Source of the DNA: a virus
Length of the DNA: 64,000 bases
Strand: one strand, 5' to 3'
IMG/VR virus record: IMGVR_UViG_3300044640_002221
Span: 64,001 to 128,000 of that record
The notes below the pieces were generated by a model. It was not told where the DNA came from. It saw nothing but the letters and a program-made list of their open reading frames with translations, and searched no databases. Below are positions 26,710 to 35,025 of the stretch, one piece after another. A program made the position numbers and the translations under genes. Numbering within the stretch: the first letter of the stretch is position 1; each line of letters starts with the position of its first letter.

Positions 26710-27144
26710 TCAAAGTTCACGTACAAACTCTTTAATTCTGTTAATTACTTGCTGTTTTATACCAACTTGCTGCTGGAGGTCGAAGAGATCATCTTCATTT
26801 ATTTCTACATAACAGCAGACATTAAATAACCAAAAAGCAGGGGGTATACCTCCTCTCTTATGACTAGGAGTTAACGCAACTTTACTTAATTGGTCTTCAG
26901 TTCTTTTTAAACTAAAGAACTGTTCTACTGCGTCCCAATAAAAGAACTGCTCTCCATCTAAGCATAGCATGGGGCTTCCACTCGGACTTAGTTTAAACCC
27001 TCTTTCAATAAACCAAGGGTGTTGGGCGGCGTGACCAATAGCACAAGCAGTTGTTAAGCAAGTCCAGCTACTAAGGTCAATTAACTCATCTGGAGTAGCT
27101 TCTAAAATCTCTACTACCTTCAACAATGCTTCTACGTTAGGCAT
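26710..27144 (-). CDS. Hypothetical protein, paralog 3 of tandem family
   Basis: VEALL.V...DLSSW..TTACAIG. Confidence 0.7.
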   Translation of the reverse strand: MPNVEALLKVVEILEATPDELIDLSSWTCLTTACAIGHAAQHPWFIERGFKLSPSGSPMLCLDGEQFFYWDAVEQFFSLKRTEDQLSKVALTPSHKRGGIPPAFWLFNVCCYVEINEDDLFDLQQQVGIKQQVINRIKEFVREL

Positions 27145-27565
27145 TTTTTGTCTTCTCTTCCGGTTTGTAATGTGCCTTAATAAATTGATCTATTACTTGA
27201 CCAAGAATCTCAGCTCTTTCTTTACTATTTTCTGCTGCTCTTGCATAGGCATTATGTAAGTCTACTGGCCAGTAATTTCTATGAAACAGATCCTCGGTAA
27301 TGTTCCACTCATCATCTGTAAAACCTAAGATTTTAGAAGCAGCTTGAGATGCATAGGCTTCTAATGCTAAGTCGTTTAGGTTAGAGTCTGCACTATTCTC
27401 CTCAATAAACTTATTAATTATCAACTGACCTGCTATACAAGAAACAGTTCCACAGGGAGTGTCACATTCTGTTTGAATCCAAACTCCCATATTTAAGCTT
27501 TCAGGTTCAGCTAGTTTTTGAGCTTTAACTTGCAATAACGCTTCTACACCTTCTTTAGTCAGCAT
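27137..27565 (-). CDS. Hypothetical protein, paralog 2 of tandem family
   Basis: GVEALLQVK.QKLAEP..CGTVSCIAGQL..DLFHR.YW. Confidence 0.75.
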   Translation of the reverse strand: MLTKEGVEALLQVKAQKLAEPESLNMGVWIQTECDTPCGTVSCIAGQLIINKFIEENSADSNLNDLALEAYASQAASKILGFTDDEWNITEDLFHRNYWPVDLHNAYARAAENSKERAEILGQVIDQFIKAHYKPEEKTKNA

Positions 27566-27574
27566 TTTGTAGTT

Positions 27575-27618
27575 CTTCCTCTTGGTAGTTTTTAGCCTTC
27601 CTCTTGGTAGTTTTTAGC
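27575..27618. repeat. 22-nt perfect tandem duplication spanning a stop codon and RBS
   Basis: CTTCCTCTTGGTAGTTTTTAGC x2 (27575-27596, 27597-27618). Confidence 0.9.
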
Positions 27619-27984
27619 TATGAATCTGTTAATTACTTCAGCTACTATTTGAGCTCTTTCATTTGCGGTAGTAGAGTTTTGCCATCTATTATATAAGTCT
27701 TTATCCCAGTAAAGTCTATGAAATAGAGAATCAGTTATCCTTTGATTATCAGGGTCTCCTTCAAATGGTATTCCCACAATAGAGCCTGCCAGCTTATGAC
27801 ACTCAAAGTCAATCTGTTCAGCTTCTTTAAGTCTCTGCATACCATACTTATTAAGTATTAACTGACCACCTATGCAAGTTGCTCCAAAATGGTCTAAATA
27901 AGTGTGCATTACTAGAGAGTCGGGGTCTGCAAGCTTTTGTTCTTTAACTTTTAATAGGGCTTCTACGCCGGCTGTTGTTAGCAT
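27592..27984 (-). CDS. Hypothetical protein, paralog 1 of tandem family
   Basis: GVEALLKVK.QKLADP..TCIGGQL..SLFHR.YW. Confidence 0.75.
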   Translation of the reverse strand: MLTTAGVEALLKVKEQKLADPDSLVMHTYLDHFGATCIGGQLILNKYGMQRLKEAEQIDFECHKLAGSIVGIPFEGDPDNQRITDSLFHRLYWDKDLYNRWQNSTTANERAQIVAEVINRFIAKNYQEEG

Positions 27985-28112
27985 AATCTGCTTTTCCTTC
28001 TTCTATTTGTAAGTTAATTAAGTGTTGGTCTAGTCCTGGTTCTTTAGCTGGGTCGCTATAAAACCCAACAATCTTGCTACTAGGAATGGTTAGCAAGCCA
28101 AGCTTAGGCTGC

Positions 28113-28598
28113 TTATCTCTCAGCCATATTTGGTGCACTGTCAGTTTGCCAGTTACCATTCTCTTTCTGAACAAACTTGAATCTGGGATAAACCAAGTTA
28201 CCCCAGCAGGGGTTGTTGTAAAGCCATTTACCACGCTCTTCTGTAGGTTCTGTAAAAGAGTGCCTAACAAAGAAAACAACGCCCTTCTTGGCAAAGAAAA
28301 AGGCGTTCTTGAGGATCTCGAAAGCTTGGTTAAAGGGTGGGTTTGTAACTACCCAATCTGTCTCTGGAAACTCTAACCAACTTCTAGAGTTAGCAGCATC
28401 ATAGTGTGAGTCAGCTTTAAGGTTAGTATTTATGTCATTAGTCCAGACCTTAGTAACGTTCTTGAAGTGAGGAAGGATAGAAGAGAGGTTGCCAGCCCCG
28501 CTGCATGGTTCTCCTACTACTCCATCAAGAGTTATGTAACTTGGTAAGTGGGTTACAAACCAACCAGGGCTGTCGTAGTGGTCTAGTAAGTTTCTCAT
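28113..28598 (-). CDS. Amino-DNA methyltransferase (NPPF), probably frameshifted near its 3' end
   Basis: EPCSGAG, WTND, DWVVTNPPF, EPT.ERG. After TDSAP the +1 frame continues IWLRDKQPKLGLLTIP. Confidence 0.75.
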   Translation of the reverse strand: MRNLLDHYDSPGWFVTHLPSYITLDGVVGEPCSGAGNLSSILPHFKNVTKVWTNDINTNLKADSHYDAANSRSWLEFPETDWVVTNPPFNQAFEILKNAFFFAKKGVVFFVRHSFTEPTEERGKWLYNNPCWGNLVYPRFKFVQKENGNWQTDSAPNMAER

Positions 28599-28632
28599 CC
28601 CCCTATTATCAGTCCTAAGTCACCATAGCTTT

Positions 28633-28833
28633 CTACTTTCTCTCTATCACAAAAGAAATGCTCCCAGCTTGTGGGCACTTGGTAGTTTCCAAGTTTAAGG
28701 GTGGGATTGGTTTGCTTGGTGGTCTGTGGTCTGTTCTGACAGGTAGAGTTTGACATTGTAATACCTTATTAATCTCTTGTTGATTCCAGCCATGCCCTGA
28801 GAGCAGCACAGCAGCTTCTTCCTTAGTTCTCAA
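28633..28833 (-). CDS. Hypothetical protein
   Basis: TTG start overlapping the upstream micro-ORF stop. Confidence 0.5.
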   Translation of the reverse strand: MRTKEEAAVLLSGHGWNQQEINKVLQCQTLPVRTDHRPPSKPIPPLNLETTKCPQAGSISFVIERK

Positions 28834-28919
28834 GGTTCTGACTCCTTTATTACAGTCAAGGCAACTGACAGAGCTAGAAGGAGAAATATTACTAACACTC
28901 TTAAGATTACAAAACTCAT
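28830..28919 (-). CDS. 29-aa single-TM micro-protein
   Basis: MSFVILRVLVIFLLLALSVALTVIKESEP; not in the ORF track. Confidence 0.55.
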   Translation of the reverse strand: MSFVILRVLVIFLLLALSVALTVIKESEP

Positions 28920-28930
28920 AATTTCTCTCT

Positions 28931-29032
28931 TCAGGGTAAGTTGAGCAAGCAGACTACGTATGTGTATGCCAAAATAGCAAGGATTGCTACTAGAGACAAT
29001 AAAATGTCTATCAAGTTCTCTTCATCTAACAT
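28931..29032 (-). CDS. 33-aa single-TM micro-protein
   Basis: MLDEENLIDILLSLVAILAILAYTYVVCLLNLP; not in the ORF track. Confidence 0.55.
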   Translation of the reverse strand: MLDEENLIDILLSLVAILAILAYTYVVCLLNLP

Positions 29033-29147
29033 TTAGTAAAACCTTGTTTAAGTTGGTAAAAAGACTAAGCCACAGCAAGTAGCTAATAGAGCTTACTATT
29101 AGTGCGGCTACTGGGAAAGCTATTAAGTTTTTAATTGTCGTCTTCAT
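29022..29147 (-). CDS. 41-aa single-TM micro-protein
   Basis: MKTTIKNLIAFPVAALIVSSISYLLWLSLFTNLNKVLLNVR; not in the ORF track. Confidence 0.55.
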   Translation of the reverse strand: MKTTIKNLIAFPVAALIVSSISYLLWLSLFTNLNKVLLNVR

Positions 29148-29153
29148 TGTTAG

Positions 29154-29375
29154 TTAGGCGTACCATCTTTCAGTTAATAATTCTTGAGAAGTCAGAATTA
29201 ACTTTGCTTTCTCCACTAAGTTATCAGTACCACCATTAGCTATGTATTCCAGAAACTCCTTGTAGAGGTCATCTTCAATTATGTGGGCAGTTTCAGTGTC
29301 TTCTTCTTCTATCTCACTTAAGGTCTCCTGAATGTACTCCAGGGACATTTCTTCTTTACCTTTGTCATTAGTCAT
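29154..29375 (-). CDS. Hypothetical acidic protein
   Basis: DTETAHIIEDDLY..FL..IA...RWYA. Confidence 0.7.
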   Translation of the reverse strand: MTNDKGKEEMSLEYIQETLSEIEEEDTETAHIIEDDLYKEFLEYIANGGTDNLVEKAKLILTSQELLTERWYA

Positions 29376-30210
29376 TCTCTATCTCCTTGTTATACTTAAT
29401 TGCAAAGTCATTAGCTGCTTCAATGTACTTATCTAAGTCAGAAGCATAAACCCCGGCGCAATGGTAAGAACCAAGCTCTGCAACTTTTAACTCAGAGTTT
29501 CCTTCCATTCTACTGGTAGTGCAGATGTCTATACTCCACATAGCAGAAGGGTACCATTTAGCAGACTTAACTATCTTTTCTACTTCTGCTATTAAACCAG
29601 AAGAATGTTGACGAATAGGCCAAACTTCTCTGTAATCTAGGCTATAGTGGCTGCCAGTGACAAACTTATCACCATACATAAAGCAGCGCCATTCATTGAC
29701 TATCTCTTGCCTTGGAGCCACCAGAACCTTAAAGTCTTTACTCTGTCTGAGATAAATACAAAGCTGTTCAAGGCACCGATAGTCTGTAAGGTTAATTACT
29801 CCGCCGTGGAACTGCTTTAAGCCGCTGTCAGGTCTGATAAACAGTTCTCCTTGAGACTGGAAGTAATCAAGAATCTCAGCTCTGCGCCGCCACAGCTCTG
29901 ATAAAGATAGGATTAGATATTTACTGTTTAAAGCATGATTTCCGAAGTGGGTGAGCCAAGTCGAGCAGTTATAGTTTGACCAGTCATCAATTCCCACCTG
30001 CTGGTCTAAACCCATTGCTCTACAGCTTCTAAAGCTTCCTCTATAGGTTGGAACTTTATCAAACTTTGCTGCTTTGAGTTTAGGAGTAAAGTCATTACGA
30101 AGCATAAAGTTCTTATCAAACTCTAGAACCTCTAAGTTATGTCTTCTTAAAGCAGCAACGAACTGTTCGTCATTGAATACACCATGCTCGTAAATCCAGG
30201 TAGGCTTCAC
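29368..30210 (-). CDS. ATP-grasp domain protein (DUF4343/R2K-like)
   Basis: LFIRPDSGLKQF.GGV, EWRCF, IDIC, KVAELG...AGVY. Confidence 0.8.
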   Translation of the reverse strand: MKPTWIYEHGVFNDEQFVAALRRHNLEVLEFDKNFMLRNDFTPKLKAAKFDKVPTYRGSFRSCRAMGLDQQVGIDDWSNYNCSTWLTHFGNHALNSKYLILSLSELWRRRAEILDYFQSQGELFIRPDSGLKQFHGGVINLTDYRCLEQLCIYLRQSKDFKVLVAPRQEIVNEWRCFMYGDKFVTGSHYSLDYREVWPIRQHSSGLIAEVEKIVKSAKWYPSAMWSIDICTTSRMEGNSELKVAELGSYHCAGVYASDLDKYIEAANDFAIKYNKEIEND

Positions 30211-30680
30211 ACTACTCCTCCCAGTCGGTCTTGAGAAATAATCTGGTCTATAAAGGGTTTGATATTAAACTCTACTGGCTTACCAAATTCTAGCCTTGCA
30301 CCTTCTTTACCACTTTCAACCTTACAAGTTTTAGAAACTCTATCTAGAGATAGTAGAAGACTCTTCTCATAAACAAAGATAACAGGGCGCCATTCAAGAG
30401 TAAATAACTCTAGTGACTCAAAGACGCTCTTTTGAAGGCAGACGGTGATTTTAGATTCATCTCTGGGTAAAATAACCCAGTTTAACAAGTCAAAGTCTTT
30501 TGGAAACCAACTAGGCTGGCAATCAACTGTAAGAAACTCACCTCTTTTTAGTAGAGGCTGAGACTTTCTAAAGAAAGAAGCCAGCCTCTCCACGTCTTTG
30601 TTTAACTCATTAGCTACTTCTTGCTCCATCAACTCAAGAAGCTTTTCTGTAGTTTCTCTAAGTCTATGATGTATGTTCAT
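30207..30680 (-). CDS. Hypothetical protein
   Basis: ORF track; ATGA-type overlaps. Confidence 0.7.
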   Translation of the reverse strand: MNIHHRLRETTEKLLELMEQEVANELNKDVERLASFFRKSQPLLKRGEFLTVDCQPSWFPKDFDLLNWVILPRDESKITVCLQKSVFESLELFTLEWRPVIFVYEKSLLLSLDRVSKTCKVESGKEGARLEFGKPVEFNIKPFIDQIISQDRLGGVV

Positions 30681-30889
30681 TGACCTACTCTCTCAAACCT
30701 CTTAACAAGTTTACCATCAACCTCCACGCTTTCATTAAATTGCTCTGGACTTCTGGTAAACAAAGGGTAGGGGCTGGGGTAAAGCGGAATGTAAACTACT
30801 CGCATTTCATCTTCATCAGCTTCTTTAGCTACGCCTATAACCTGGTAGAGGTTGCCTTTGTAATGCTTATAAGTGCCTGGTTGTATCAT
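30677..30889 (-). CDS. DUF1653-family protein
   Basis: GTYKHYKGNLYQVIGVA...VVY..LY....FTR...F. Confidence 0.85.
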   Translation of the reverse strand: MIQPGTYKHYKGNLYQVIGVAKEADEDEMRVVYIPLYPSPYPLFTRSPEQFNESVEVDGKLVKRFERVGQ

Positions 30890-30926
30890 TAGTTTTTCTT
30901 TTAGTTCCTTACTCTTTTCTTTTTTC

Positions 30927-31475
30927 TTACTTTACTTCACTAAGTTGAGGTTCTTCTGTTACTTTCTTTTTTCTGGGTTTCTTTACTGTAGGAGAGGCTA
31001 CTTTACTTTCAGCTTGCTCTATTTGCTCTGCAGCTTTTTCTAACTGTGTTGCGGCTTTTTCTATTTGCTTTTCTTCTTTTACTACTTTTACTGGAGATAA
31101 CAAAACCCAAGGCGCGGTGAGTTGTTCTTTATTGAGAGTTATAACCCAGAGTTCTTTAGGTTCTGCTTGTATTTCCCATTTGATACCTAACCAGAGTTCT
31201 TGTTGGATAGGATGGCTGCTGGGGCGCAGACCAGAGACTACGGTGAAGGAGTTACCGAGTTTCAATTGGGAGATAGTTTGTTTATCATTCACACTATGTA
31301 CATAAGCCACTCCTGGGCGGAGGGAGAGAACTTTAGTAAAGAAGAACTCAGCGCGGACGAAGCCTTCTTCTGATAGAAGTTTTGTAAGGTTCTGGGCGCA
31401 GGTAGTAGCCCAGGCTGTGAGTAGGGTATGTTTCTGTTGGTCTGGTAAAACAACTGGATGAGCGATGAGTGCCAT
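30927..31475 (-). CDS. Hypothetical protein with charged tail
   Basis: ORF track; K/E-rich C-terminus. Confidence 0.7.
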   Translation of the reverse strand: MALIAHPVVLPDQQKHTLLTAWATTCAQNLTKLLSEEGFVRAEFFFTKVLSLRPGVAYVHSVNDKQTISQLKLGNSFTVVSGLRPSSHPIQQELWLGIKWEIQAEPKELWVITLNKEQLTAPWVLLSPVKVVKEEKQIEKAATQLEKAAEQIEQAESKVASPTVKKPRKKKVTEEPQLSEVK

Positions 31476-31477
31476 AA

Positions 31478-31888
31478 TTAGTGTTGAATAATAGGTTTTT
31501 TAAGTGCTCTGCGAAGTTCTTGCCAAGTAGTTTTAGGAGGGTTTAGTAGAGGCTCGCCTATTGACCTTTCTTGAGGATTGACTGCGATTGCCTTGACTGC
31601 CTGAACACCCTGCTCAACTGCTTGACCAAGTTTCTTCATTACCCAGCTTACTACTGCTTTAACCTTAGCACCAGCTCTCATGTCTTTCTCTATTGCTCCA
31701 GCTACAGCAGTTACAAGTTCTTCTGTGTCTTTTAACGAAGCGTACTTAACTGTTTCTCTAGCTGTAATGACTGGTTTTAGAACAGATTGTGTTGAAGGGT
31801 TGTACTTACTATCAGCTCTATAAAACTTCCTGTATAGAAGTACAAGAGTGTAGGGAGGATTAATTGGTGAATGGTTTGTGATAGTCAT
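31478..31888 (-). CDS. Hypothetical protein
   Basis: ORF track; first gene after a divergent spacer. Confidence 0.7.
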   Translation of the reverse strand: MTITNHSPINPPYTLVLLYRKFYRADSKYNPSTQSVLKPVITARETVKYASLKDTEELVTAVAGAIEKDMRAGAKVKAVVSWVMKKLGQAVEQGVQAVKAIAVNPQERSIGEPLLNPPKTTWQELRRALKKPIIQH

Positions 31889-32019
31889 AGAGTCTCTCTT
31901 TTTTAGTTAAAACCTTACTGTCTGTAAGGCTATCCCTAATAGGGTGTTATGATTCTTGCTAAAGAGAGTATCACAAATTTCCTGTAAGTTTGTAGTAGTT
32001 AATCTCTACTTTTAAACTT

Positions 32020-32619
32020 ATGGCTATTGACGGTAAGAAAGTAATTGAGTATATGCGCTCCAAGAACTATCGCATACTAGCTCTCAACATTGTTTACCTT
32101 GAAGATGTAAATGCTGACACCTGGGAGCCTATCAAAGGTGAGCTTGACCGATGGGATGATGCCCGCTGTATTATCAGAAACGACGGGGAGGTTCTTTTAA
32201 GCTGTGAGGCTACCACAGAACCAGGTAGATATTACACTAGCAATCCTTTAAACGACAATGGAGCGTTTAGGATTGCTTTTGGTAACTATGAGGACTGCTG
32301 GCAGATTGGAGATCACAAAGGTCAGTTAGCCCTTGTTCAATGTGATGAAGTTGTAGGACATAGAGACTTAAACAAGGACGGTTTTCGGACTAACGATAAA
32401 ACATTCAAAGGTATGTTCGGGATAAATCAACATACTACCAGTAAAACTCCGGGTGCTGCTCCTGAGTTAGTTGGTCTTCAATCAGCGGGTTGTTGTGTGG
32501 GTAGATACTCAACTACTCATTACAACGACTTTATGCGTATTTGCAGGGCAATGGGTAGGGATAAATTTGATACAACAATCATTCCGGGGGATGAGTTTGC
32601 AGCTTGGAAAGCTGTTTAG
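32020..32619 (+). CDS. Putative YkuD/L,D-transpeptidase-like cell-wall enzyme of cyanobacterial type
   Basis: ATTEPG.YY, ALVQ, RD.NKDG.RT, FGINQH.....SAGC.V (His...SxGC). Confidence 0.6.
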   Translation: MAIDGKKVIEYMRSKNYRILALNIVYLEDVNADTWEPIKGELDRWDDARCIIRNDGEVLLSCEATTEPGRYYTSNPLNDNGAFRIAFGNYEDCWQIGDHKGQLALVQCDEVVGHRDLNKDGFRTNDKTFKGMFGINQHTTSKTPGAAPELVGLQSAGCCVGRYSTTHYNDFMRICRAMGRDKFDTTIIPGDEFAAWKAV

Positions 32620-32632
32620 AAGAAAGCCAGAG

Positions 32633-33244
32633 TTACTCCCAATCAAATGTAGGCAACTCTGGTACTTCTGCACCCCAGCTAGTCAGCCGTACATAGTCAT
32701 ACTTGCGGCTGATAGCCCAGTTCCACAGATTAATCAAGACATGGGTGTGACCTTTGACTATTAACTCTTGTTGGATTTTAGACAGGGTAATAGGGTCTTC
32801 TGAGCAGTAAGTAGTGTAGAAGATATAGCCTGCTTCCTCATCGCCTTTAGCAACAAACATAAACCAAGGATGGCTGTTTGTTGCCTCTTCAAGAAGTTGA
32901 AGGTCTTTAGGGTTAATATGGGCAGTTGAGATATTAACTAGAGACTGCACTTCTAGAGGTTCTATTGGCTGTTCTGCTTGTTCTTTCATTGTCTGTTCCT
33001 TGATTCTTTGTCTATTCCAAGAGTTATAACAGTCATCTGTGACTAATACTGCATCTAGAGCACCCCAACCTCTTTTACACAAAGAAGGCATCCTAAAAAC
33101 TTTATGAAACTCATTTATTAGCTCTTGTTTTTCAGGATTACCTAAATCTTTGTAATAATCAAAGTAAGTTTGTTGGCTAGTTATGGCGTTTGTCATAAGC
33201 AATCGCCTTTGTACTATGAAACAAGTTATTAAAGAACTGTTCAA
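32633..33244 (-). CDS. Hypothetical protein (likely start MTNAITSQ)
   Basis: C-terminal NISTAHI...AI......RL...G.EV.ELP.FDW. Confidence 0.65.
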   Translation of the reverse strand: MNSSLITCFIVQRRLLMTNAITSQQTYFDYYKDLGNPEKQELINEFHKVFRMPSLCKRGWGALDAVLVTDDCYNSWNRQRIKEQTMKEQAEQPIEPLEVQSLVNISTAHINPKDLQLLEEATNSHPWFMFVAKGDEEAGYIFYTTYCSEDPITLSKIQQELIVKGHTHVLINLWNWAISRKYDYVRLTSWGAEVPELPTFDWE

Positions 33245-33515
33245 TATCTTCTATCGTGTTGGCACGGTAAGTTATCCAAGCTGTAGAGTCATTAGGATAC
33301 TCAAAGCAAACTTTGGCATTGAACATAGCAGGCGGACTGGAGTATTGCTCAAAGTTCCAATACTCTATGACTATTTGGTAGAGTTTAATATCTTCCCATC
33401 TAGAGTATGTGTAGAACTGTTTGCTCTAGTTCTTTGTACATTTATCAATGCTTGAGACTTGAAACTCTTTATAGCCAGCGGCTAGAATCTTCTCTTCGGT
33501 TATTTGGTTGGTCAT
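33177..33515 (-). pseudogene. Frameshifted paralog of the C-terminal domain of 33537..34286
   Basis: MTNQITEEKILAAGYKE...DKCT, then the +1 frame reads RAKQFYT..MFNAKVCF..ANTIEDIEQ, versus EKLSAAGYK..FFQARVCF..ADTIEELEE. The shift is at an A-run near 33433. Confidence 0.7.
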
Positions 33516-33536
33516 TCTTCTCTTATACTCATGATG

Positions 33537-34286
33537 TTACTCATCTAATAGTAGTAGTTTATTCTCCCAGGATTTAACGTACAACTGCGAAGGAGTGCGA
33601 TATGAAGAGGTAAGGTACAGATGCCTGACCTTCTCTTCTAGCTCTTCAATGGTATCAGCATAGTGGTTTACCCAGTCAGACTTACTTCCCGAAGAGCTAT
33701 CAAAACACACTCTAGCTTGAAAGAAGGTGTTGTTTATTAAATCGAAGCTTATTCTGTAGTCTTCAAACTTACCAACTTCTGATTGGCTGTAAAAGGATTT
33801 AGTCCAAAGAGTAGGAATGATAGATTTATAGCCAGCAGCAGAGAGCTTTTCTAGTGTTACTTGACTAAATCTCTTTCTAGCCGGCATAAACTCTAGTGCA
33901 GCATCAAGCATAACTAAGGTCAAATCATCAAGCTGAGGAGTTGATGAGCAAAGCATAACTCTGATAACTGAGTCTCCTTCAACTACGCTTTTTATAGATA
34001 GTGTAGGAGTGCGCTGCACATAATCACGCTGCTCATAATCACTCAAACCTTGATGCTTTTGCAGAAAGTCACGAAGGTTAGAAGGATGGACTTTGTAAAA
34101 AACTGTTTTGGCAATTTTACTATCTTCTAAACAGAAAATTTCACCTTCTGCTTCGTGTAGGAAACAGCCTAACGTTTTCAGACTGAGAGGTTCAGTCATT
34201 AAATGTTCTTGAAAAGCTTTGTAGTAGGCTTGCTGTAAGTCAAAAGCAAGCTCTTTTACTTTATGTTTGTTGGTCATTATTCTCAA
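33537..34286 (-). CDS. Hypothetical protein
   Basis: ORF track. Confidence 0.7.
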   Translation of the reverse strand: MRIMTNKHKVKELAFDLQQAYYKAFQEHLMTEPLSLKTLGCFLHEAEGEIFCLEDSKIAKTVFYKVHPSNLRDFLQKHQGLSDYEQRDYVQRTPTLSIKSVVEGDSVIRVMLCSSTPQLDDLTLVMLDAALEFMPARKRFSQVTLEKLSAAGYKSIIPTLWTKSFYSQSEVGKFEDYRISFDLINNTFFQARVCFDSSSGSKSDWVNHYADTIEELEEKVRHLYLTSSYRTPSQLYVKSWENKLLLLDE

Positions 34287-34527
34287 AGACTTGAACTATC
34301 TCTTCATCAGTCATATCTTTTAACTTTGCAAGCTTTACTCTAGCAGCTATAGGCTCCAAGCCGTCACCAAAGGAAGTAATTAGCAAAGACAGTATTACTT
34401 CCTGAATGTCATCTGGCAGGCTATCAAAGCGCATCCAGTGGTCTCTGACGCACTGACCACCAGCGCCAGATGCTGAGTATTTCTGAAAAGGGGTCATCCA
34501 CCGACCTCTGGTAAGTAACATTTCCAA
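34261..34527 (-). CDS. Hypothetical protein
   Basis: ORF track; likely start MTPFQKY. Confidence 0.55.
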   Translation of the reverse strand: MEMLLTRGRWMTPFQKYSASGAGGQCVRDHWMRFDSLPDDIQEVILSLLITSFGDGLEPIAARVKLAKLKDMTDEEIVQVFENNDQQT

Positions 34528-34847
34528 GTGTTTAAGCTATCAGCAACATCGTATCTGTCTTCAGTTATAATCCACACTGCTCCTGGTGCAGGACTGGTTA
34601 CATTACTAGGCAACTGCCAGCTATGTTTATTCTCAAAAGGAGTTGTATGGGCTATAGTTACTTCCTGTTCGTCAAAGTAGTTAACTTTAGTAGCAAGTTT
34701 GAGACTAAGATCAAAAGTAATAATCCTGCCCTGAGCGTCTGTTTTCTCTAAGATTACGAGAGTATTATTAGGCAGATTACAAAGTTCCTGAAATGTAAGT
34801 AGTTTGCTCCTTTTCTTTGTGCTCACAATACCACCTACTGTAGTCAA
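34494..34847 (-). CDS. Hypothetical protein
   Basis: TTG start overlapping the upstream stop. Confidence 0.6.
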   Translation of the reverse strand: MTTVGGIVSTKKRSKLLTFQELCNLPNNTLVILEKTDAQGRIITFDLSLKLATKVNYFDEQEVTIAHTTPFENKHSWQLPSNVTSPAPGAVWIITEDRYDVADSLNTWKCYLPEVGG

Positions 34848-35020
34848 ATACTCATCTCTTCCAGAGCTTCTCTCACTAAGGCTTTGATGCTCTCCAGAGC
34901 TTCAGACTCAACTGGATCAAGCCAAGATAAGTTTGGAAACTGTCTGCACGTAGCAATATATTCTTGGCTTGCTGAGCACCATTTTGTAGAGAAGGTGCAA
35001 TCCTCAAACTTAATAGACAT
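34844..35020 (-). CDS. HicB-like antitoxin (58 aa, no HicA partner)
   Basis: MSIKFEDCTFSTKWCSASQEYIATCRQFPNLSWLDPVESEALESIKALVREALEEMSI; RBS GGAG; not in the ORF track. Confidence 0.65.
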   Translation of the reverse strand: MSIKFEDCTFSTKWCSASQEYIATCRQFPNLSWLDPVESEALESIKALVREALEEMSI

Positions 35021-35025
35021 AGCTC

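Noticed and set aside
27944-28294. Independent 116-aa gene
   Set aside because: It mostly overlaps the methyltransferase; only its 3' part is plausible, as the frameshifted MTase tail.
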